Below, piece by piece: positions 1-11,904 of a DNA stretch of 64,000 nucleotides (position 1 is the stretch's first letter; each line of letters opens with the position of its first letter). The notes below the pieces were generated by a model. That model made no database searches and had not been told where the DNA came from. It saw nothing but the letters and a program-made list of their open reading frames with translations. The DNA is from Rhizodiscina lignyota (lineage: Eukaryota): the NCBI GenBank assembly GCA_010015805.1, contig ML978126.1, forward strand, positions 496,001 to 560,000, written 5' to 3'. Made by a program: the position numbers and the translations under genes.

Positions 1-465
1 GCATCTACATAACATTTTGGACTTGAGACTAGAGAGCACTCGTCTATCGCTCTGATTGCAATCATACCATTTGTTGCACGGCACTGATATAATAAGGTGT
101 GAATGAAAGTCGCATCGGTCTCAATAGTAGTAATTTGGTACTTCCACCCACCGACTTTTACTACTAAAAAGTGCAACGTCGTTAGATATGGGAGCTCTCC
201 TCACGGGCATCATTACCGACTTCAAATTCAATGTAAATGACTTCCAGACTCCTCAGGAACTTGCATCTTCAGAAATACATCACAATAAACGTTATTTGCA
301 GGCTCCTAAACCTTCTCAACATCCTACTCAGTAATGCTAAATATAGAGTCAACTTGGGGTAACACAAGACCCTAACCCTCGTTGATACAGTCAAATTAAC
401 GCTCGAGCATTGAAATATTTCGCTATAAAGACATGTCAGTAGTAAATACAAATTTCTAAATCCAA

Positions 466-3400
466 TCAAAACCTCCTCGTTCCTCTTGAGGGTGGTTCAA
501 TCGGCGTCTGCACATCCAACTGACTCCGAAGCTTATTGTTCCTCCTCTTCGCATCATCTAGCGCAGCCTTCACCCTCCTCTCATGCTCGGCCTGGCCTTC
601 CTTGCCTCGGAATGCTTTCTCGACGGTTTCCTCCGCCGTCTTGAGTGCGGTCTGAATCTCCGCGAGCCGCGCCTCGTGCTCCTCCTTCAACCGCACGTCC
701 TCTGCGCCTTTCTCGTCCGCAAGCCGCGTGACGACGTGGCGTGGCGCGTTGTCGAAGGTTGCGCGGGCAACAGCAGAGTTGAATTCGGCGAGGTTGAGGT
801 TAGTATCGATAGCGTAGAAGCTGCCGGTCAAAGACTTGGAGCTAGCTGCTAGCGTTTCTAGGGCTTGCGTTATGCTAGCTTTGAGGTGTTGATTCTCTGG
901 GTTTGCGAGCTGCTCGCTAGCTGCCTCGGTCTCTTTGGTGATCTCTTCGACCGTTGCTTTATTCTCGCGTGCACCTCTGACAGTCAACGGTCGTACCAGC
1001 TGCCACAGCGGCTGGAGTCTTGATTTGCACTCCTCGCATTTCGTGACCGTAGCGTTCTTCTCTACCATGTCGAGTCGTTTACGGAACTCGACTTGATTGA
1101 GCTTATCCGCGCCGGCAACCGAGACCTCATCGATAGCCCTCCTACGGCGGTCGCGTTTGACAATGCAGTCCACCAGCTGCTCGTGCCTCTCCTCAAGCTT
1201 CTGATGCAGCTCTACAACGAGTCTTAGTACCTCTGCAAGGTCAACCTTGTCGGCGGCCCCGTTACCGCTGTTACTGTTGGACAACATCAACAGTTCTTTG
1301 CCTGCAACGCCGTCTTCCCTCGCCATCGTCTCTGCGTCCCTCAGAAGCCCAGTCACTACGCTAATCTCCTCCTGCAGCCGTTTGTATAACGGATCAAAAA
1401 CATCAGTCAGGTAGCTCTCGTACTCCTTCTCATTCTGTTCGCTCTTGATCTCCGCCTCTTGTTTCTTGAATGAGTCTTCCAGCATGGCAATATCTGAATA
1501 TGCAATCTGATTCTCGTTGAAGAGATCGTCGATCTGTTGCTGGGACTCGAGTCCTCGCTGACGTGACTCCACCTCGGCTCGTGCGCGATTGGACGCTGCC
1601 TTTGTCTTCCATTTGTCGAAAGCGACGGTCACGAAGTCAAAATTGGAAGGATAAAGCATCAGAGATGTTTTGAGATTCTCCAGACGAGGGTTGAGGATAG
1701 GGCTGGCGTTTGGTTTGGGCAGAAGCTCTTTCAACCTCTCGAGAGAAGGAGGTTGAACAGGCAGTGGAGGTACAACATTGTCCAATGGTGGTTCTTTTGG
1801 TGCTGGCTGTCTTACTTCTGGCTTTACTTCTGGCGGCTCTGGCGACTTGTCCGCAGCCTTCGTCTTTTCAGGCAGTGGTGCAGCTGGTTGTGGTGCGGGT
1901 GGCGGGATTTCTTGAACTGTTCTTGTCGTTTCTGCTGTGCTACTTGGGATCGAGGGCTTCCGCGTCCCTGTCGCAGCGGCGCTTGGCTGAAAACCTGCCG
2001 TTAAGGGGACGTATGGTTTATAGACTGATTGATATGCCGGTTGTGTCCCTGGATTTGGAGGAAGCTGCGATGCGCCGGCAGATGCGTCAGGAATGTTATT
2101 CCCTCTGTCGAGGTTTCCACCTGCTCTGAACGGCGTGTAGACAGGTTGAAGAGGTCTCCCAGGAGCGCTTTCGCGTCTCTCGCTTCCTGCAGCAGCTTGG
2201 GACTCAACTGCCTTGGCAGGTGGTGAAGCAGCATTCGAAGCTCCAAGCGCGGGCTTTGGGCTCGGGGTTCGTGATCGATTTGCGTCCGGTCTGGTAAGTG
2301 TTGTTTGTCTCGGTCGCCCTACGATTGGTCTACCGCCTGGACTGTACTGCGGTTCCTGATGATCCTCCTGCGCAGGCACGATGACGATGTTCGTGTCCAC
2401 CTTTGCAGGTACTGCATCTCCCTTCTCTTTTTGTTCCTTATTCGCCTCAGTCTTCTCCAGAACACTGTCCTTAGGTTTCTCTGCTCCTGCACTGTGTAGA
2501 TACTCCAAAACTGGGGTATAACCGCTTACACTTCCTGCCCTCAATGGGATGTTGATTCCTCTAATACTGGCTTCCTCCATCATGAATTCCGTGAAGATCT
2601 TGTGCTTCTCTTCGACCTGGGCGGCACCCGCTTCCTTGTAGAGCATGGCAATATACCGCATAAGCGAGTTTTTGTACCACGGGTCTAGTGCAGGGGCAAT
2701 ATCAAGTGGCTGAGACGACGGAGGATGATGGGCAGGCGGTTGAGTACTTGGCTGGGCTTTCGATTCTGTGTCTTGCTTTGCCGCTATTCTCAGAGGCTGC
2801 TCCATCGGCTCCGGACTCTCTGTCCTCTTAATAACTTGCATGTCAGGAATCGGTGCTGGAGGTGGAGGCAGCGTCCCCACCGGCCGTCCACCTTCAGTGC
2901 TCTGCTGCCTTGGGGGAGCAGAGCCGGATCTTTGAGGCGGCGGAATCGGCGTGCTGTCCAGCTCCATGATCTCAATCTCTTGCTCGTGCCGCTTGATCGC
3001 GTCTTTTCGGGCATACAGCTCAGTATCGTCGATCGAATCCTGTGACGTAGGCCCAAAATGCTCCCAATCTGACGGCCCGCCACCCCCAGCAAATACGGAG
3101 AATCTATGCTTGCCACTATCGCCGCTGTCAGCCTTAGCTGGGCCCCGGAATTTTTGTGGCGGCTGCTGCGGCCCCACCGGGGGATGCGGCAGTTGTGGCA
3201 TTGCTACAGCAGCATTCACGACAGGTCCAGAGGACTCCGAATTTTCACGTGACACAAGTGGATACGGAGCTGGTGCTTTCTGTCCTCTGCCATGGCCTTT
3301 TGGTGGAGGAGGTTCATAGAGTGAGCTCATGCTATCGCGGTGTTCCATGGGCGAAACAGGAACATCTTCGTTGGGAGGTGGTGATGATACTTTGGTTGGA

Positions 3401-4434
3401 GTTGCAGATGGTCTAGGAGGCATGGGAGGAGGCGGAGTAGATGTCACTGGAGGTGTACCTGGCGGTTTGGCCTGCACGGGAGGCTGGTAGACTGGAAACA
3501 TTGAATTGAACCCGGAAGGCTGGAACTGATGATGAGATGGAGGTGATTGCGGGCCCTGTGTCTGCTGCGGTGCGTATGGTTTCGGAGCATACGGTGGCCT
3601 CGATGGTGGCGGCGAGGCAGAGCTTGGACGCTGGGAAGTATTTGCTGGCATATTATTCTGTTGGGCACTGCTACTTGTCCCAGAAGGACTGTACCCTGGT
3701 GTCTGACCGGGTGGGTGGAAGGGAGGAGATTGCGGATCAGGAGAGTGCTGCTGGAGATATGCCTGATTCTGCAAGAACGCTTGTCTTTGTGGACTCATGG
3801 GAGCGGGAGGTGGAGCATGACTGCTTCCAGGTCTCGGAGGAAGACTAGGAGGTGTGTACCGGCCAGAAGCGGTGCTTTGCTGCTGACTTCCCGTTGCTGG
3901 TGCATGCTCATACCGTCCAGCTGCCTCATTCCAAACCAGAGGAGAGTTACTCTGCTGCCAAGAGGGCCCAGTTGGAGTAAAGTTGTATCTGTTGCTTCCG
4001 GACACAGAAGGCTTGTGGGCGAGGTTCGTCCGTGGGGGCAGCGCAGGAGGACGTGCCTGCCCAACTGGACTACCAGGTATTGCGCCATACGCTTGGGGGT
4101 TATAGTTCATATAATTTGGCCCAGGCTGGGTTTGCGAAGGAGGTGGTGCTGCAGGAGGGACGTGAAATTGGTACGGGTTTTGGTTATTCGTCTGCAACGT
4201 AGGTTGAGGCGGAGGAGGATTAGGCCACTGAGGGTTTGCAGGATATGCTGGGTTTCCATAAGGCGCTGGAGGTGTAGGCGTCGAAGATGCTGGCTCTGTT
4301 GGCTGTCTGTTAGCACCTGCGGCGCATTCGGTGAACAGAAAAGACTGACGTTGTGCACCATATCCTCCAGCTGCAGGTACGCCCTGCTGATATGATGCCG
4401 GACCTCCATAGCCGTAGCTTTGATTATATGCCAT
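466..4434 (-). CDS. Large Pro/Gln-rich low-complexity protein with C-terminal helical/coiled-coil region, function unknown
   Basis: 1356-codon ORF; first plausible ATG at 4434 (MAYNQSYG). Long P/Q/S-rich N-terminal two-thirds, then E/K/L-rich helical C-terminus. Probable in-frame 54-nt intron 4296..4349. Confidence 0.8.
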   Translation of the reverse strand: MAYNQSYGYGGPASYQQGVPAAGGYGAQRQSFLFTECAAGANRQPTEPASSTPTPPAPYGNPAYPANPQWPNPPPPQPTLQTNNQNPYQFHVPPAAPPPSQTQPGPNYMNYNPQAYGAIPGSPVGQARPPALPPRTNLAHKPSVSGSNRYNFTPTGPSWQQSNSPLVWNEAAGRYEHAPATGSQQQSTASGRYTPPSLPPRPGSSHAPPPAPMSPQRQAFLQNQAYLQQHSPDPQSPPFHPPGQTPGYSPSGTSSSAQQNNMPANTSQRPSSASPPPSRPPYAPKPYAPQQTQGPQSPPSHHQFQPSGFNSMFPVYQPPVQAKPPGTPPVTSTPPPPMPPRPSATPTKVSSPPPNEDVPVSPMEHRDSMSSLYEPPPPKGHGRGQKAPAPYPLVSRENSESSGPVVNAAVAMPQLPHPPVGPQQPPQKFRGPAKADSGDSGKHRFSVFAGGGGPSDWEHFGPTSQDSIDDTELYARKDAIKRHEQEIEIMELDSTPIPPPQRSGSAPPRQQSTEGGRPVGTLPPPPAPIPDMQVIKRTESPEPMEQPLRIAAKQDTESKAQPSTQPPAHHPPSSQPLDIAPALDPWYKNSLMRYIAMLYKEAGAAQVEEKHKIFTEFMMEEASIRGINIPLRAGSVSGYTPVLEYLHSAGAEKPKDSVLEKTEANKEQKEKGDAVPAKVDTNIVIVPAQEDHQEPQYSPGGRPIVGRPRQTTLTRPDANRSRTPSPKPALGASNAASPPAKAVESQAAAGSERRESAPGRPLQPVYTPFRAGGNLDRGNNIPDASAGASQLPPNPGTQPAYQSVYKPYVPLTAGFQPSAAATGTRKPSIPSSTAETTRTVQEIPPPAPQPAAPLPEKTKAADKSPEPPEVKPEVRQPAPKEPPLDNVVPPLPVQPPSLERLKELLPKPNASPILNPRLENLKTSLMLYPSNFDFVTVAFDKWKTKAASNRARAEVESRQRGLESQQQIDDLFNENQIAYSDIAMLEDSFKKQEAEIKSEQNEKEYESYLTDVFDPLYKRLQEEISVVTGLLRDAETMAREDGVAGKELLMLSNSNSGNGAADKVDLAEVLRLVVELHQKLEERHEQLVDCIVKRDRRRRAIDEVSVAGADKLNQVEFRKRLDMVEKNATVTKCEECKSRLQPLWQLVRPLTVRGARENKATVEEITKETEAASEQLANPENQHLKASITQALETLAASSKSLTGSFYAIDTNLNLAEFNSAVARATFDNAPRHVVTRLADEKGAEDVRLKEEHEARLAEIQTALKTAEETVEKAFRGKEGQAEHERRVKAALDDAKRRNNKLRSQLDVQTPIEPPSRGTRRF

Positions 4435-5251
4435 CTTGATCGGCTTGCTCGGGGGTCTTGCGTCCAACCTCTCGTGTCTTCGCTGTTTTGCTCCGCGAAT
4501 GACTCTAGAAAACGAGCTCCATCGACGCTGCTTCAAAGAAGGGTGGAGAGAATCTCAAGACGCTAGAAAAAGACTGATCATGGCAATACTATGAAGAATA
4601 CTTCGAGAGGCATAAAGAGACGTAGCAAGAACTCTCAGAACTTGCCCTCACCAAGCTGCAGAGTGCTAAGGTAGGGGTCGGTAAAGCCACAGTGCCGCCA
4701 GCCCCGAATGAGGCTGAAGCTGCCACGCTGCCCAGGTACAAGTGATCATCATGTGCCCTTCCATCGTAGGAAAAAGTGATTACTTGGCCGAATGTCGCAA
4801 AGTCACAACAGAGTTCTTGTATACCTTCGTGGAGTTGATGCTCGTGGTTGTAGCGAGCAGCAGGGCCACTCGGGCGTTTGACCATTCGTCACAGATGCAT
4901 GTTGACCTCTGCTGGAATATGTATTCTGGCACATGCATGCCGAGCACGCCCAGAATCGAAAAAATGCTTGGTTCCAGATGGTGGGCATTGGTTTCGAGAC
5001 AAAGTGTTGAAATTAAAAGTGATATATTGCTCTCTACCATGACAGCAGACTATTCACATCCGTCACTTCCCATAACCCCCACACTGCTCATGGTATACCA
5101 ACCAGACAAAGGAGAATTGTTAAACGCCGCCCAATAGGTATCGAACATGTCCAAAATCAGACCAAAAAAGTAGAAGAAATCTGTTAATGATAGTAAGAAA
5201 ATTCGTATCCCAGATACCCGCTCCAAAAACGCTGTACAAACATCAATTTTG

Positions 5252-6910
5252 TCATCTCTGCTGTCCATTATTCAACCCGAAATCAAACCCAGGGTGAGGC
5301 CCCGATTGCATTGTTGCAGGTGGGAAACTCGGGCTGATCGGACTTGCATAGCTCCCCGGAATTGGCACTGCTTCGTATTGTTGCTCACCAGGTGCCGCAC
5401 CCATGTGTTCGCGTTGTGTCTCTTGTGGCAATGGGGGGCTAACAGAGTCTGCTCTCATTGGGACCGATTCCCAGCCTTCCTGTTCTTGCCTGGGTGTTGC
5501 ATTCTGCACCCTAATCGGAGGAGCCTGGAGTGCAAACGGCTTTGGCGCAGCAAAAGTCTTTGGCGACGCGACGGCGTACTGGATACCTTGTGACTCGCCT
5601 TCCTCAGCAGCACCGTAGGGGTCTTTGTACTCTGAGTGACCTTGTGGTGCTTGCCAACCACCCTCGCGAGGAGAGAGAGGGCCATAGCGAGGTGTGTTCG
5701 GGGCAGACTGCGAGCGGAGCTGAGCCAGATAGAGGTCGGATCGAGCGCGGTCGCGGTTAGCCATGGACTTTCGCAGCTTGCGTTTCGAATAGAAGCGGTA
5801 GAAGACGATGCCGTAGATGATGATGGTGAACACTTCAACGACAATCTCGATGATGGCACAAACAAGTGACCAATTCTATTATCCATGTCAGCTGATGATA
5901 TCGGAGATAGTGAGTGGTTAAGCTTACCTGAAGGCGGCAAACAAGCGCATAGGAGACGTCGTCCTGGAAAAGTTGCTTTCTCGTATTGTCTTTGCAGCTC
6001 CAGCCCCAAATATCGTTTCCGTTGTTATTCTGCTTACTCTGATTCAGAATAGCCGCGCCGACACCCCACATGACAATGCTGAAGATGAAGAAGGCGATCG
6101 CGAACGTTGTGTAGTACACTGCCGCCTTCTCTGCTCTCTTGTGGCCTCCTCGGAAGTACGCAATAAAGATAAAGATCGACATGGCGAGCGAGACGGAGGC
6201 GATCGAGATAAGTGTAACTTGTGGCCAGACAGGCCCCTGCGGCGCCCATGCTGGTAGGCCGTTGCGCGATGGTAGAGATTTTGTTGCGTTGAAGATGGAG
6301 AATGTCGCGGAAAGCATGGAAAGAACAATAAGACTACAGCTGAAGTTGACTCCACGAAGAAACATCTTTGCAACTCGTACTCGGAATTTTGCTTTCTGTA
6401 TGATATGTCAGGTCATGGCCACTTAGATGATCGAATGAAACTCACCAAATCTCTTCTTTGCTCCTTGTCTGTCTTCTCCTCCTCTTTCTCTAGTACTGTT
6501 TCTTCTCTGAAAGTCGGGCTGAGAGGGTTTTCGATCTTTCGCGGTGGGGCACCAGGTGATTTGAGGGCGCTCTTAAGAGGGCTCCTTAGTGGTGACGCCG
6601 GTGTAGCTGGCGGGTAGCTTGTGTCTGTGTCCTCCATCTCGACTCCTTGTTGTGATGATGATGCATGGTTGGCCGACAGATAGCCGAAGCCAACATCGGA
6701 GGGTTGTGGTTGAGCCATGAAGTGGTTCGTCGGTGGGTCCGCAAATGGATTGCGGCCAGCCTTTGAGGGTTCGATGGGAGAGTTAACGGCGGTCGCCTCG
6801 GCGAAGCGAGGAGCGCGAGGGGAACGTAGCGATGGTAGGGAGGATGCGGTGGAACTTCGTGATGGTCTGGATAATTGCACAGTCGGTATACTTTGATCGT
6901 TGGCTGCCAT
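5252..6910 (-). CDS. Four-TM membrane protein resembling hyphal anastomosis HAM-8 / MARVEL-like family (3 exons)
   Basis: Three ORF pieces join through GT-AG introns 6396..6445 and 5876..5927. Four hydrophobic segments (RGVNFSCSLIVLSML, WPQVTLISIASVSL, FAIAFFIFSIVMW, WSLVCAIIEIVV) with S/P-rich tails. HAM-8 assignment is from memory of the family. Confidence 0.7.
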
Positions 6911-9900
6911 TTGGCAAGAGTCCAAGGAAATGACGTGAGGTCACAAAGGTGCCTCAGCTGGAACGATGATGCGAGCTGGTGGACGAGGTAGGGAAGTGGG
7001 AAAGTAGAAGAAGACGACGTCCAGCCCAGCTATGACAAGTCGCCCAGCTTTGAAGGCAAAGAGGATAGTGTAAGAAAGACGCACGTATTACTGTGGAGAG
7101 GCCTGCTGACAGAAAAGAAGAAGCAGAAGAGTTCCTGAGGTGGTGGGAGGTAGGTGAGGGTTTTGACCGTGCGAGCGCTTCAGCACGCGCGGAACATAAT
7201 TAGACTGGCGTCGAAGTGCAGGAGGACGAGGATGGGGTTGAGTGACGAGAAGAGGCAGGCTAGAAGACGGGAACTTACAAGAGGCTTTCCACGGGCGCCA
7301 ACTGAGGTGTGCAGCGTGCGAGTGAGAGGCAAAAGCGGAGTAGAGGTTTGTGATAGGTTGCGCAGGTGGTGGGTGAAAGGATATGGGTGGTGGACTTGCA
7401 GCTACCGAGTAATATTTAGACGCCCGGCCTTCTGCAAGCGATTAGCAAGGTCGTTGCGTCTGGAACGTTTAGAGGAGAAGCCGTGCTGACACGCGGATGC
7501 TTCGAAATTCCGCACACGCCGCCTAAAATGGACAGTTGCGCTGCTGAACCCCGGTAATAGGGCTGTCCATCAAATAGATGCTGTATTCCTTCGATATGTT
7601 GCGTTTCCGCAAGCCTATTCTGCTCCGCTAGACTGCAGAAGACTTCAGACGAAGATTCAAGATGCAGCGCACAACTGCCCGGCACATCAGGCACATGCGA
7701 GATGGGAGTCGAAAGCAGCACTGTGCCCGACAGCCAAGCGCCCGTAGAGCTCTTCCGGGAGTGAGAATTTGTCGTGACGATGCAGCGTGAGCCAATTGCG
7801 GGCGGAGGCTTCGCGCCCATGCTTGCGACTGGAACTGACGTTCCTTGGTCACACACGTCTCCAAGCATGGTCCCTGACGTGACCTTCAGAAGGGCGCAGT
7901 GCGATTGGTGTGCTCGTCGGCCGATCCAATGGGCGCCACGATTTGACCCTGTCGCCGTGAGAGGAGGACGTCGAATGAGCAGCTGTATCGTTCCACATGA
8001 TTCCGCCGGCGCCTACCGGCCGCTAAGGACTCTTAATTTCTGACCCAGGGACCGGAACGAGAGCCTCAAGTGCCTCAGTGGACGACCTTCAGAAATTTCT
8101 TGCTAGAGCCTCAGTTCAAGCAGCTACTTGAAATCCATCTCTTTCCCATTTCTTTGCGATCCAGGTGAAACACAACGACGGAAGGGATCTAATGCGCTTA
8201 CGGAGATCCATCACCGTGCAGCAGTAAGCACTTGCCAGGAGGCCGCATCTGCATATACTGTTAATAGAAGCCATTTAGGTTACTCAAGGGATTTAGACTT
8301 ACCTTTCCTGGCGGCCGCTCCCCGCGGCTGATCCTTTGTGTAGCATTTAGCCTCCGAAGAATGTGTGCAATATTCTCGAAGAGGTCTAATTAAGGGCTAG
8401 TGCCGCTTCTAATCTTGGTTCGCCACGTTATTTGAGTTTCCCCGGCCCCTTGCCAAGCTACAACGTGATCTGCTTTCCATTCCTTCCCGTCGCCTGCTGC
8501 TCAGGATTAGGAACGCCTCCAGTCCATATCAGATCATATCTAAAAGACCCTGGAGCCCCTCTGAGCATGCCGAGTGCCGAAAGAATCTGGAATGACGCGA
8601 GGCATGTGGTTGTTGATGCCCTGCAACTGAGGCAGGGATAAGGAGGGCAATATCTCACGTCCAACACCACCATCTCAGACACGGAGCCGTCTGTTCTATT
8701 GTTTCACCTCACTGCAGCTTATAGTGTCTTGGGCATACACTTATAGCAACACCAGCGAATATTTGTGAATGTAGTCGACAGCTATGCGGGCGCACACAGC
8801 GAGTCTTGAAAGAGCTTCAGCACTAACAGCGAGGATAATCCGCTCAGCCTCTGTACCAGTCCGTCAACGTCTACCATGTTGGCTCCCGTGGTTTGAGCAG
8901 AGTCAGCTCAACCTCGAACCCGCTGGAATCTATCGGTTTGCTTCTGCAGGAGCTGTAGGAAGTTGCTAAATAAACTGGTTCGCAACGCACGGCTCGATTG
9001 TACGGGAAGTGTACGTACCGACGAGTCTCCTTACGGCTTTCACCGCATCCAGCACGGCCTGACAGTCTCGCTCGCCGACAGGCTGTAGCAATTGGGTACA
9101 TCCGATGCTGCGGCTTGAGCATAGTCAATCGGACCCAGAACTCACCGGAATCTAACCGTTAATAAAGCAGAAATCGTACGTGGTAGCAGGTTGAACCTGC
9201 TGGAATTCATCAGCCCGATTGAACCGGGAGCGTAGCTGGCGGAATGTCTCGCTCGTTCACACATGGCTGATGCCAGACACCTAGTGCTTTTCCTCGGCCC
9301 GTACTCTGCTCGGCATTGTGTGTTATCTAATCCAGTAATGGTGATAGTACCAAGGCCCGCGAGCTTGGACGGCCGTCACAGCCTGGATTCCGCCGGACCA
9401 CACATAACCCGAGTATCTTCTAAGCTCCACGACGCTCGGAGAGGATCTATTCCTGCTAAAACTGTCAACGAGCCGTGAGTAGAACATGGTTAGGAGCCAG
9501 CTGAGCCTTCTCTTCCGTCTCAAACGAGCTCGTGACATGGAGGCTCTTGTGCCTGGGTAACAGACTTCACCTAAATCCGTCTCTGACATCGTAATAGAGA
9601 GACCCAGATACCGTCAAATGATACATAACCTCATTTCAGCTATCTCATGAGTCTTGAAATGTACGAGGAAGGTCGATTCCTGCTTAAGTTGTCGTCGAGC
9701 TATGGGCTAGATGTAGTTAGAAGCTAGCCTCCCGTCCGTTCGATCTTTGAACGAAGCCACTGACCTGCAGACTGCTGCACACGGGCGTTGAATTCTCTCA
9801 AGTGCATCACTGACGTTATATCCAGGGCTTTCATCTGTTCACGCGAAGCAGGGCTGCTCAGCGAGCTTCAATTCGATTTAACTGGGAGTCTGAACGAAAG

Positions 9901-9942
9901 AGCCAGGCCAACACTTTGAATTCTCGTCGTCTATCTACTCGA

Positions 9943-11237
9943 CTACGAGAGGTAGTTCCTCTCCGCCTCGCGGAGGATGTCCTCTCCCTCCGCCGCACCT
10001 TCAGCATCTAGTATTCACATTAGAGTAGTAACTGCTTCCAACATATAGGACTGCTTGTGCAAAGGAGTTTAGTGAACTCACCCAGACCCGCAGAGGTCGG
10101 CTCTCGAGCCATAGTGATGACTCCCAACGGCACACAGAGGTCGGCGATCGATGGGTCTGGCTGCGACCCAGCAAGCGGCTTCGAGATACTCCGCTTCAGC
10201 CGTTGCTGAGCGGCAGCCGCCCCCTCTGCCTCCTTCCTCGCCTTCTCCGCCTCGTGCCTCCTGATTGCGGAGTCGATCTTCTGGCCCAAGGCCGCCTTCT
10301 TCGAGCTCCACCACGATGCTCCTCTGGGTCTCGGCGTCGGCTTCGTGCGCGGCGCCGGTGTCGTCTGCTGGTGGAGCGCCTGCTCCTCCTCGTCTGCTGC
10401 GGGCGCGGCCGCGAACGTTGGCCATTGGCTGAAGGCAGAGACCCTCTCGCCGCGGAACGTTGATCCAGCCGCCGACGACTTCTTGCGTGGGCGGGTCTCC
10501 CCCGCGTATGGTGGCTGTGCGATGGACGCGCTGGGGCGGTCCAAGAAGGAGAGATTGGCCGGCAAGTGGCCCGTTCGGCTGCGCTGCTTGTCGGAAGAGC
10601 GAGGAGAGCCACGGCCGACCTCCTCCTCTTCCTCTTCATCAAGCTCCTCCAGCCTCTCTGCCTCCCTCCTCTCTTCCTTATGCAGCGCTTTCAGGCGCTC
10701 CGCGGCCTCCCTGAACTTCTTCACGCCTGCCTCCGCCATCTGCTTCATCGCCTCGCCTTCACTCTGCGCTGCCATGCGATACACGTCTTTGGCAGTACGC
10801 AGCTCATCGTCAAGGCTGAGCTGTGCCTTGTTGTTGCTCGCAGCGGAGCCGTCCTGGATCTTCGAGATCGTGGACTTGGCGAGCTGCTTGAGGGTGTCGC
10901 CTTCGCTGACAGGCCCGGCCTGGTAGATGTTTTGCACGTCGCGAGACGCGTCTTTGATCGGGCTTTTGCTGACGCCAGCTTTCGATGGCGCCGCCACACC
11001 GTGATGCCGTGCGAGGCCCTGCGGTCCGAGATCTATTTCGTACGCCGTTCTGGCCGCGTCTGCCGGGAGGATGTTTTGGTGGCGTTGGTCGTACCCGTGT
11101 GAAGGGTTGTTGTTGTGTGAGGAGTGCTCCTCCATGGAAGGATCACGATACGCCGACTCGCTAGAAGACGACGAGCTTGCCTTGTTTTGAGACAAGTTCA
11201 AAGGAGCTGGCCGCTTTTTTCTCATTGTTTCGCGCAT
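9943..11237 (-). CDS. Hypothetical charged/low-complexity protein (2 exons)
   Basis: 405-codon GC-rich ORF. Intron 10008..10081 (GTGAGT...CTAAT...TAG) gives a terminal exon DAEGAAEGEDILREAERNYLS*. No recognisable domain. Confidence 0.6.
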
Positions 11238-11904
11238 GTTGGGCGATGAAAGTGTGGTCTTGTTTGGGTGAAGAGGTGGAGGAAGAGAAGTTCAAAGTGC
11301 TGGAGCGCCGGGGTGAAAAGTTTGTGGCTTGCGGTTGACCGAGCCTGCTCGGTTTGTGAAGGCTCAATAGCATTTGGTGTTGTGTTGTGTTGCTGGAGCC
11401 TGGCCGCAAAGCGGAGATGGGGAAATGAAGTATATCTGGGGCAACAGAGCAGAGGAAGAGGAAAGACAAGAGCACAATGGCATTGTGACATTTACTGCGA
11501 TGATACTTATTCCTTTGTCTCTATTTGTGAGGTTCTTTTGTTGTCTCATCACCACCATTGGTGAATGGCGATGGTGCACAAAGAGCGTGGCAGCAACAGG
11601 CGGCAATGGGTCGATCACAAGCACAGCGACACCGGAGTAAGTGTTAACAGGATTGCATTTGATTCAAACCGCAAGTTACAGACAACAAGTTACAAACAGC
11701 AAGAGCAGAATGGTACATGATTCAAAAATTACATCGCGTCATGAGCATAAGAGTGCTCTATATGTGAATGAAATGAATATGCTCGCCACCCCTGGGAACG
11801 CCGCAACATGAACTACTACACCAGTCAGCTAAGCTCAAAACGGATCTGAATTAAACATTACCTATTAGATTAATCTCTGCCGCACCACCATTAAACTCTT
11901 AGTG

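Noticed and set aside
3547..4395. Long antisense and alternative-frame ORFs over real genes (also 10345..10926, 19411..20178, 59259..59846)
   Set aside because: Shadows of GC-rich coding sequence with no motifs of their own.
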